Assembly: GCA_038833255.1 (NCBI GenBank)
Contig: JAWBIX010000007.1
Coordinates: 1 to 13,325 of the forward strand
Origin: Nanopusillaceae archaeon
GTDB lineage: Archaea > Nanobdellota > Nanobdellia > Nanobdellales > Nanobdellaceae
Length of the DNA: 13,325 bases
Direction of reading: 5' to 3'
Position numbers and translations under genes: made by a program. The first letter of the stretch is position 1; each line of letters starts with the position of its first letter. This document shows, one piece after another, positions 1-6,425 of the stretch. The notes below the pieces were generated by a model that was not told where the DNA came from, made no database searches, and saw only the letters and a program-made list of their open reading frames with translations.

Positions 1-1478
1 TTGATGGATTATTATTAACGTCTGATAAAGTTTTATACGAGCTATCTTTAGCTTATGGTGTTAAAGCAATTTATATAGATCCTATTAGAGTTGAGAAACC
101 ATCATATGAAATATATTTCACAGAGGACACGATGTCTGTGCATATTGTAGAAGGATGTAAAATCAAAAGAAAAAGAGGATCCCCTGGAAATTGGTATATT
201 GAAGAAATAGATGAAATACTAGATAGAGAATCTATAGAAAATTTAATAGAAGAAATAATTAGCTTAGCTAGAACTAGAAGAGATGGTTTTATAGAAATAG
301 AAAAGCCACACAGTATTATAGTTCAACAAGGAAATTATAGGATTGTTATTGTAAAACCCCCACTTTCAGATAACTATGAGATTACTATAGTAAGACCAAT
401 TGTAAGAAAAAGATTGGAAGATTACAATTTACCAACCGTATTATTAGATAGGCTGGAAAGAAGTGCAGAAGGTATCATTATTGCTGGAAAACCAGGTTCT
501 GGAAAATCTACTTTTGCTCAAGCTTTAGCTGAATGGTATAAAAATAAAGGAAAAATAGTAAAAACAATAGAATCTCCAAGAGATCTGATGTTATCTAAAG
601 ATATAGTTCAATATTCTAAAAATTTTGCAAAATTTGGAGAAATACATGATATTTTATTGCTATCAAGGCCAGATTATGTTATATTTGATGAAATGAGGAA
701 TACAGATGACTTTAAATTATATATAGATCTAAGATTTGCTGGTGTTGGAATGATTGGGATTATGCATGTAGAAAGACCTATAGATGCCATACACAGACTA
801 ATATCTAGAACAGAACTCGGAGTTATACCTCATATAATCGATACAATTATTTTTATTGACAAGGGGCAAATAGAAAAGGTTTATACTTTAGAATTAAAAG
901 TTAGAGTTCCAACGGGAATGATTGAAGAAGATTTAGCTAGACCTGTTATTGAAGTAAGAGATTTATTAAGTGGAGAATTAGAATACGAATTATATACATT
1001 TGGTGAGGAAATTGTTGTAGTTCCTGTAAAATCTAAAGATAGAGATAAAATAATAGAATTTTTAAAAAATATAATAAAAGAAAAATTTTCTGATAAATAT
1101 GAGGGAATAGACGTAGACATAATTGGAAATACTATACGATTCTATTTGCCAAAAAATCTAAAAAAGAAATTTGTAAAGAGAGAAAAATCATTTTTGAAAA
1201 GTATAGTATACTACTATAAACTTAAAGTGGAAATTCTTTCTAAAGACGATTCAAATATAAAAATAAATCCTAAAAATATTGAAATAGTTGGAGACTATAT
1301 AATAATAGATTTTGGAAAGGAATATAAAAATAAAAAAATTTCAATATTATTTGAAGACAAAGTAATATGTAAGTTAAATTTAGATAAAAAAGGAAAAGTT
1401 AGCATTAATATAAATACTGAGATTGGGAAAAAGTTGAAAGAAATACTAAATAAAGGAGAAATATATGGAAAAATATGA
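1..1478 (+). CDS. PIN-domain / PilT-like ATPase with KH-like C-terminal region (archaeal PINc-ATPase family), 5'-partial
   Basis: The ORF track lists 132..1478. The same frame (codons phased from nt 3) has no stop back to the window edge and reads DGLLLTSDKVLYELSLAYGVKAIYIDPIRVEKPSYEIYFTEDTMSVH, which looks like the end of a PIN domain, so the true start is upstream of the window. It has a Walker A GKPGSGKST and a Walker-B-like YVIFDEMR. Its stop overlaps the ABCE1 start (ATGA at 1475-1478). The family was assigned from remembered motifs, not a search. Confidence 0.7.
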   Translation, partial: DGLLLTSDKVLYELSLAYGVKAIYIDPIRVEKPSYEIYFTEDTMSVHIVEGCKIKRKRGSPGNWYIEEIDEILDRESIENLIEEIISLARTRRDGFIEIEKPHSIIVQQGNYRIVIVKPPLSDNYEITIVRPIVRKRLEDYNLPTVLLDRLERSAEGIIIAGKPGSGKSTFAQALAEWYKNKGKIVKTIESPRDLMLSKDIVQYSKNFAKFGEIHDILLLSRPDYVIFDEMRNTDDFKLYIDLRFAGVGMIGIMHVERPIDAIHRLISRTELGVIPHIIDTIIFIDKGQIEKVYTLELKVRVPTGMIEEDLARPVIEVRDLLSGELEYELYTFGEEIVVVPVKSKDRDKIIEFLKNIIKEKFSDKYEGIDVDIIGNTIRFYLPKNLKKKFVKREKSFLKSIVYYYKLKVEILSKDDSNIKINPKNIEIVGDYIIIDFGKEYKNKKISILFEDKVICKLNLDKKGKVSININTEIGKKLKEILNKGEIYGKI

Positions 1479-3235
1479 AAAGAATAGCTATAATTGATAA
1501 AGAAAAATGTAAAGCTCCACAAAAATGTAATTATATTTGTGTATCGGTATGTCCAGTTCAAAGAAATAAACAGCCAATTTTCAATATAATTAATGAAAAA
1601 CCAACAATTGACGAAGCTTTATGCATAGGTTGTGGGATTTGTGTTAAAAAATGTCCGTTCAAAGCAATTAACGTTATAAATATATCAAAAGAACCTTCTA
1701 CAGGATTAATATTTCAATATGGGATAAATACATTTAGGTTATACGGTTTGCCAATAATAAAAGAAAAAACAATAGTTGGAATAATAGGAAGAAATGGTAT
1801 AGGAAAAACGACAGCTATATTAATTTTAGCAGGAATATTAAAGCCGAATTTTGGTAATTATAAAAAAAATTTTGAAGATAGAGAAATAATTTCTAATTTT
1901 AGAGGAACAGAATTACAAAAATATTTTGAAAATTTATATAATAATAAAATAAAAGTATCTTATAAACCTCAAAACATATTTATATTTTTAAAATTTCATG
2001 GAAATAAAACAGTCAATGAAATTATTGAAGAAATAGCTAAAGATAAAAAAGAAAAAGTAATAGAAGAGTATTCATTAGAAAAAATTTTAAATAGAAAAAT
2101 ATCAGAATTGTCTGGTGGAGAACTTCAAAAAATAGTATTTATTTTTTCTGTTTATAAACAGCATAACGTTTTGCTAATTGATGAGTTGACTAATTATTTA
2201 GATATATATGAAAGAATAAAAATGGCATCAAAATTATTAGAGTTAAAAGATTCTGGGGATTCTATTTTGATAATAGACCATGATTTATCATTTATTAATT
2301 CCCTTGCTGATATAATTCATATAGTATATGGTGTACAAAAGGCATATGGAGTATTTTCTACACCAATTGGAACTAGTGAAGGAATAAATCAATATCTAGA
2401 GGGTTATATAAAAAAAGAAAATTTAAAAATAAGAGATAAACCAATAAGATTAGAAATAAAGCCATATACAGATAAAAAAATAGGTAAAAATATCGTGGAA
2501 TGGAAAAATTTAAAAGTATCTTTAAATGGATTTATTTTAGAATCAGAATATGGATTTATAAGAGAAAGAGAAATTTTGGGTGTTATAGGAAGAAATGGAA
2601 TAGGTAAATCAACTTTTGCGAAAGTTATAGCAGGAGAACTAAATTTTGAAGGAGAATTAAGTAAAAATTGTACCTTATCATATAAAAAACAATATTTTGA
2701 TTTTTCAAATTTAGATATTACTGTGGAAGAATTTATACGCCAATACAATTTAAATTATAAAAAAGAATACGGAGAATATTTAACTAGATTAGGATTATCA
2801 GATTTATTAGACCATAAAGTTAATACATTGTCTGGTGGAGAACTTCAAACTTTATATTGTTTTTCTACTTTAATAAAAGAAGCAGAATTGTATATATTAG
2901 ATGAGCCTTTTGCATTTTTAGATATAGAACAAAGAATAAATTTAGCAAAGTTTATAAGAGATATAATTAAATCTAGAGATAAAGCAGCTTTAATAATAGA
3001 TCATGATATTGTTTTGTTAGATTACGTGTCAGATAATATGTTGATTTTCGAGGGAGAACCTGGAGTTAGAGGGATTATAAATGGACCAATGGATAATAAA
3101 GTAGCTTTCAATAAATTTTTAGAATCTATAGGAATTACTATAAGAAGAGACGAAATCAACAAAATTCCAAAAATAAATAAAGTAGATAGTTATTTAGATA
3201 GAATTCAAAAATTAAGAAAAGAATTTTATATCTAA
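1475..3235 (+). CDS. ABCE1: ABCE1 / RNase L inhibitor (RLI) ribosome-recycling ABC ATPase with N-terminal 2x[4Fe-4S] domain
   Basis: The 586-aa protein has an N-terminal Cys-rich ferredoxin-like domain (CKAPQKCNYICVSVCPV and CIGCGICVKKCPF). It has two ABC nucleotide-binding domains, each with a Walker A (GRNGIGKTT, GRNGIGKST), an LSGGELQ signature, a Walker B (LLIDE, YILDE) and an H-loop (IIDHD). Length and domain order are canonical for ABCE1. Confidence 0.95.
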   Translation: MKRIAIIDKEKCKAPQKCNYICVSVCPVQRNKQPIFNIINEKPTIDEALCIGCGICVKKCPFKAINVINISKEPSTGLIFQYGINTFRLYGLPIIKEKTIVGIIGRNGIGKTTAILILAGILKPNFGNYKKNFEDREIISNFRGTELQKYFENLYNNKIKVSYKPQNIFIFLKFHGNKTVNEIIEEIAKDKKEKVIEEYSLEKILNRKISELSGGELQKIVFIFSVYKQHNVLLIDELTNYLDIYERIKMASKLLELKDSGDSILIIDHDLSFINSLADIIHIVYGVQKAYGVFSTPIGTSEGINQYLEGYIKKENLKIRDKPIRLEIKPYTDKKIGKNIVEWKNLKVSLNGFILESEYGFIREREILGVIGRNGIGKSTFAKVIAGELNFEGELSKNCTLSYKKQYFDFSNLDITVEEFIRQYNLNYKKEYGEYLTRLGLSDLLDHKVNTLSGGELQTLYCFSTLIKEAELYILDEPFAFLDIEQRINLAKFIRDIIKSRDKAALIIDHDIVLLDYVSDNMLIFEGEPGVRGIINGPMDNKVAFNKFLESIGITIRRDEINKIPKINKVDSYLDRIQKLRKEFYI

Positions 3236-3239
3236 AAAA

Positions 3240-3398
3240 TTAAGAAGATTTTATAAATCTAAATACCTTTGTGCCACAATTTGGACATACTCCTCTTACA
3301 GCGTTTCTACCATTTTTTAAAGTAACTATCTCTGCATTTTTTATTTCTACATTTTTTTTACATTTTACGCAAAATCCAGTGTATTTATCTGTTGCCAT
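3240..3398 (-). CDS. Small zinc-ribbon protein, 52 aa (resembles the DUF5679 family of small CxxC...CxxC proteins)
   Basis: This gene is not in the supplied ORF track because it is too short. Manual translation of the minus strand from ATG at 3398 to TAA at 3242-3240 gives MATDKYTGFCVKCKKNVEIKNAEIVTLKNGRNAVRGVCPNCGTKVFRFIKSS. Two CxxC pairs sit 24 residues apart, which is a zinc-ribbon pattern. The stretch is less AT-rich than the flanking intergenic DNA. A T6 run follows the stop on the minus strand. It fills the otherwise unexplained gap between ABCE1 and the NFACT gene. Confidence 0.6.
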   Translation of the reverse strand: MATDKYTGFCVKCKKNVEIKNAEIVTLKNGRNAVRGVCPNCGTKVFRFIKSS

Positions 3399-3476
3399 TT
3401 ATAATATATTATAAGCTAATTTAATAATTTTTCTATAAATATTCCTCAAACTATTAATATATAAAAATTAAAATTT

Positions 3477-4463
3477 TCATTCTTTAAATTTTATTACTAT
3501 TTTACCATTTTTATTTTCAATCGAAAATTCAAAATTTTTAGATTTAAGAAAACTTTCTATTTCTTTTATATCATAATTCTGAAAAATCCAATAATTCTCC
3601 TTTATTAAATTAGCAATTTCATTCAAAATTTTTATTTCTTTTTCTAAATCTGATAATTTTGCTTTTTGATTTTCTATAATTTTTTTAAGCTCTTCTTTTT
3701 TCTTTTCAATATTTTTCTTTTTATTTTCTATTTCCTCTTTAAAATAGATATTTTCAAAAATAGAATTTATTTCAGAATACCAACAATTATCGTAAAGAAT
3801 TTCCTTTTTATTTATTAAATCTATATAAATATCAAAGATTTTTTTAATTTCGTTTTCATTAATCTCTTTAAGACTCTTAGACTTTTCAACATTTGCTTTA
3901 GTTATTATATATTCCGCATATTTCCCAGATAAACCCAAATCTATAGCAAGAAACCTAACAATATCCTTTTTGTTTGATTTTTCTAATACTTCTTTGAATT
4001 CAAAAATATCTTTTGGTAAAATAAAATTTTTTGGAGGTTTAATATATTTTTCATTTGGTATTATTTTTCTAAATCCAAAATCTTTATATGATGTTGCATA
4101 TAAGATTATATCATTTTTGTCAGTTACAACTATTAAACCATTAGGAATTAATTCTGAATAAATTTTATTTTTTTCAGATTCTATTCTTAAAATTTTATCA
4201 TCTTCTAGAAATATTTGAATTTTATAATTAATTAAATCTTTTTTTAATCTATCTGAAAATTTATTTTTTACTTTTTCTAATTTTTTATCAGATAGAAAAA
4301 CGATTTTTCCTGGAATAATATATAAGTATTTTTTCTCTAATTCCTTTTTATATAATTCTAAAACTAAACCATCTTTTAATGAAAAAACATCTCTGACAAT
4401 TGAATTATTTATTTTCTCCCTATTTTCTTCAAACCATTTTAAAAGGTCTATATAAGTTATCAT
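3477..4463 (-). CDS. NFACT-N domain protein (Rqc2/NEMF/RqcH-like ribosome quality-control factor homolog), short form lacking the NFACT-R/DUF814 part
   Basis: The N-terminus of this 328-aa protein follows the NFACT-N pattern: M..Y.DLL...E....I.NS.VRDVF....GLVLELY, then IPNGLIVVTDKNDIIL and FRKIIPNEKYIKPP. A helix-hairpin-helix-like segment follows (FLAIDLGLSGKYAEYIITKANV), then a K/E-rich coiled coil (KKNIEKKKEELKKIIENQKAKLSDLEKEIKILNE). The assignment is by remembered family motifs. Confidence 0.6.
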   Translation of the reverse strand: MITYIDLLKWFEENREKINNSIVRDVFSLKDGLVLELYKKELEKKYLYIIPGKIVFLSDKKLEKVKNKFSDRLKKDLINYKIQIFLEDDKILRIESEKNKIYSELIPNGLIVVTDKNDIILYATSYKDFGFRKIIPNEKYIKPPKNFILPKDIFEFKEVLEKSNKKDIVRFLAIDLGLSGKYAEYIITKANVEKSKSLKEINENEIKKIFDIYIDLINKKEILYDNCWYSEINSIFENIYFKEEIENKKKNIEKKKEELKKIIENQKAKLSDLEKEIKILNEIANLIKENYWIFQNYDIKEIESFLKSKNFEFSIENKNGKIVIKFKE

Positions 4464-4487
4464 AAAAATATTTTTCCAAAAGAAAAA

Positions 4488-4498
4488 TTATATATAAA
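4488..4498 (-). promoter_or_regulatory. TATA-box-like element for the NFACT-like gene (leaderless geometry)
   Basis: The minus strand reads TTTATATATAA at -35..-25 relative to the A of the ATG at 4463. This spacing matches an archaeal TATA box upstream of a leaderless or near-leaderless mRNA. The AT-rich background makes such matches cheap. Confidence 0.35.
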
Positions 4499-4552
4499 AT
4501 GATGAGGATTCGGGGTTCAAGATAAAATGAAGAGAAGTTCCCATTCTGATTT
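4496..4552 (+). ncRNA. Candidate C/D box sRNA (2'-O-methylation guide), about 57 nt
   Basis: It is intergenic. The C box AUGAUGA lies at 4499-4505. A 12-nt spacer GGAUUCGGGGUU (4506-4517) is followed by a degenerate D' cAAGA (4518-4522) and a short loop. The C' box AUGAAGA (4527-4533) has one mismatch to RUGAUGA. An exactly 12-nt spacer GAAGUUCCCAUU (4534-4545) precedes the D box CUGA (4546-4549). Flanking AAA (4496-4498) and UUU (4550-4552) can form a short terminal stem. The spacers are much more G+C-rich than the surrounding DNA. Size and box spacing fit the archaeal C/D sRNA architecture. Confidence 0.6.
4522..4529 (+). promoter_or_regulatory. TATA-like element positioned for transcription starting at tRNA-Leu +1
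   Basis: ATAAAATG lies at -32..-25 relative to the first tRNA nucleotide (4554), within the D'-C' loop of the candidate sRNA. The call is positional only. Confidence 0.3.
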
Positions 4553-4553
4553 T

Positions 4554-4637
4554 GCGGGGGTGCCCGAGAGGTCAAAGGGGTCGGGTTTAGGTCCCGATGG
4601 ATTAGATCCGTCCGGGGTTCAAATCCCCGCCCCCGCA
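4554..4637 (+). tRNA. tRNA-Leu, anticodon UAG (class II, long variable arm), no intron, no encoded CCA
   Basis: The cloverleaf was folded manually. The acceptor stem GCGGGGG pairs with CCCCCGC, and the discriminator is A73. The D stem is 3 bp (CCC/GGG). The anticodon stem is UCGGG/CCCGA with loop UU-UAG-GU (U33, G37). The 15-nt variable arm has a GGAU/AUCC stem. The T arm is CGGGG-UUCAAAU-CCCCG. It is a strongly G+C-rich island in AT-rich DNA. Confidence 0.95.
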
Positions 4638-4638
4638 G

Positions 4639-4648
4639 TTTATAAAAA
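4639..4648 (+). promoter_or_regulatory. TATA-box-like element for the topoisomerase gene (leaderless geometry)
   Basis: TTTATAAAAA lies at -29..-20 relative to the ATG at 4668 and starts 2 nt after the tRNA discriminator base. Confidence 0.4.
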
Positions 4649-4667
4649 TTCATTAAATTAAAAATTT

Positions 4668-6425
4668 ATGTTGATAATAACTGAAAAGCCATCAGTAGCT
4701 AGAAATATTGCTACATTTTTATCAAATTCAAATTTTAAAAAAATTAGATTCAAAAATAATGTTTATTATTATTATTTTAATCGTGATGGAGAAAAATTTT
4801 ATGTAGTTCCATCAATAGGACATTTATATACCATTTCAGATCTAGACAAAACATATAAATATCCTACTTTTGATTACAAATGGGTTCCAGCATATTTGGA
4901 GGATGGAATATTTATAAAAAAAACGTATATAGAAATGTTTAGAGAATTTTCTGATGAGAAAGAGGTAATTATAGCTACAGATTATGATATGGAAGGAGAA
5001 TTAATAGGTTATAATATTTTAAGATTTTCATTAGGGAGAGAAAATGCAAAACGTATGGTTTTTTCTACAATAACAAAACAAGATATATTGTATGCTTTTG
5101 AAAACCTTAAAGAAAATATAGATTATGGATTAGCTATTGCTGGAGAAACAAGACATATTCTGGATTGGTTATATGGAATAAACCTCTCAAGAATACTAAC
5201 GAGATCTTTAAGAAATTATACTAAAGATTATGTTTTAAGCATCGGACGTGTTCAAGGACCAACTCTAAAAATAATATTTGAAAGGGAAAAGGAAATAAAG
5301 AATTTTAAACCGGAAGTTTACTATCATGCTTACGTAGATATAAAAAAAGATGGAAAAACTCTTAGATTGATTTATAATGGGAAGATTAAAAATAGAGAAG
5401 AAGCAGAAGAAATAAAAGAAAGAATAAGAAATAAAATAAAAGTTTTAAGAGTTTTTTCTGAAAAATATAATGAGCAACCACCACATCCATATAATTTAAC
5501 AAACGTTCAAATAGATGCATATAAATTATACAAAATATCTCCAAAAAGAACACTAGACATTCTTCAAAAATTGTATGAAAAAGGATATATATCTTATCCT
5601 AGAACAGCATCAGAAATATTACCAAATACTATAAATTTTAGAAGAATAATGGAGAATTTAAGTGAGATTGAGAAGTACGCAGTTTATTATAATTTGTTAA
5701 AAAATAAACCCATTTTAAAACCCAATAATGGAAAAAAGGAAGATATACATCCGGCTATATATCCAACAGGAGAAATACCTGACAATTTGGATAAAAAAGA
5801 AACTTTAATTTATGATTTAATAGTTAGAAGATTCTTTGCAACTTTTATGAATGCAGCAACTATTGAAAAAGAAAAGGTATATTTCGAAGAAAATTTTTTA
5901 TTTGAATATAAAAAATGTTTAAATAAAGGATGGATGATTGTATATTGGAATATTTTAAAAGATAATTTTTTAGAGATAAAGTTTAAAGAAGGGGAATTTT
6001 GTGAAATTGTAAAAAAATATATAAGAAAAAAAAGAACACCTCCTCCATCAAGATATAATCAAGCCAGTTTAATAAAAAAGATGGAAGAAGAAAATTTAGG
6101 CACAAAATCTACTAGAGCAGAAATAATAGTTACTCTTTATAATAGAGGGTATATTGATGGAAGATCTATAAAAATAACAAAATTAGGAGAAAAAATATTA
6201 GAAATTTTTGAAAAATATTTTCCAGATATATTAGATATCGATTTTACAAAAAAAATGGAAGAATCTTTAGAAAAAATTGCAAAAAACAAATACTTTTATT
6301 TAAAAGACAAGATTTTAAATGAAGCAAAAGAGATAATTAAAAATATTTGCAGTAATGTTGATGAAAAGAAAATTGGTGAAGAAATATATAGAGTAATAAA
6401 AGAATTAGAGTCTAATAATAGATAA
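4668..6425 (+). CDS. topA: Type IA DNA topoisomerase (Topo III-like / archaeal TopA), compact form
   Basis: The 585-aa protein has an N-terminal TOPRIM domain with MLIITEKPSVARNIA (catalytic Glu in the EKPS motif) and the acidic cluster ATDYDMEGE. The SIGRVQGPT motif is present. The active-site Tyr context is GYISYPRTAS. No CxxC zinc-ribbon repeats occur at the C-terminus. Confidence 0.9.
   Translation: MLIITEKPSVARNIATFLSNSNFKKIRFKNNVYYYYFNRDGEKFYVVPSIGHLYTISDLDKTYKYPTFDYKWVPAYLEDGIFIKKTYIEMFREFSDEKEVIIATDYDMEGELIGYNILRFSLGRENAKRMVFSTITKQDILYAFENLKENIDYGLAIAGETRHILDWLYGINLSRILTRSLRNYTKDYVLSIGRVQGPTLKIIFEREKEIKNFKPEVYYHAYVDIKKDGKTLRLIYNGKIKNREEAEEIKERIRNKIKVLRVFSEKYNEQPPHPYNLTNVQIDAYKLYKISPKRTLDILQKLYEKGYISYPRTASEILPNTINFRRIMENLSEIEKYAVYYNLLKNKPILKPNNGKKEDIHPAIYPTGEIPDNLDKKETLIYDLIVRRFFATFMNAATIEKEKVYFEENFLFEYKKCLNKGWMIVYWNILKDNFLEIKFKEGEFCEIVKKYIRKKRTPPPSRYNQASLIKKMEEENLGTKSTRAEIIVTLYNRGYIDGRSIKITKLGEKILEIFEKYFPDILDIDFTKKMEESLEKIAKNKYFYLKDKILNEAKEIIKNICSNVDEKKIGEEIYRVIKELESNNR

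Noticed and set aside
881-2748. Antisense ORFs 881..1120, 1295..1561 and 2404..2748 (minus strand) lie inside the PIN-ATPase and ABCE1 genes.
   Set aside because: They are fully embedded opposite strongly supported genes. Their translations are low-complexity (S/F/I/L/N-rich) with no motifs. Long antisense open frames are expected in very AT-rich coding DNA.
2107-2849. A perfect 23-nt direct repeat ATTGTCTGGTGGAGAACTTCAAA occurs at 2107-2129 and 2827-2849, exactly 720 nt apart.
   Set aside because: Both copies encode the LSGGELQ ABC signature of the two homologous nucleotide-binding domains of ABCE1. This is an internal domain duplication (possibly homogenised by conversion or codon bias), not a mobile or regulatory repeat.
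3399-3414. A perfect 16-nt palindrome TTATAATATATTATAA sits immediately upstream of the zinc-ribbon gene ATG.
   Set aside because: It consists only of A and T in a genome where such palindromes arise readily by chance. It could be an operator or promoter element, but nothing in the sequence distinguishes that from background.
3970-4161. A 63-aa plus-strand ORF lies inside the NFACT-like gene.
   Set aside because: It is a shadow ORF opposite a motif-bearing gene, with hydrophobic low-complexity translation.
4499-4553. I considered whether the stretch upstream of tRNA-Leu is a split-tRNA half or a tRNA pseudogene, because it shares CGGGGTTCAA with the T-arm.
   Set aside because: tRNA-Leu at 4554-4637 is complete and folds canonically. 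The upstream piece has no acceptor or anticodon structure and fits C/D box sRNA architecture much better. The residual similarity is reported as a separate low-interest finding.
4429-4653. A 74-aa minus-strand ORF spans the intergenic region and the tRNA.
   Set aside because: It runs antisense straight through tRNA-Leu and the candidate sRNA. Its G/P/R-rich middle is simply the reverse complement of the G+C-rich tRNA.
4668-6425. I considered whether the topoisomerase ORF is the topoisomerase half of a split reverse gyrase, as known in Nanoarchaeum.
   Set aside because: The N-terminal motif is the Topo III-type EKPS rather than the ESPxKA type I recall for Topo I and reverse gyrase. The gene has its own TATA-like element and ATG, and no helicase half is adjacent. 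I cannot fully exclude the idea without phylogeny.
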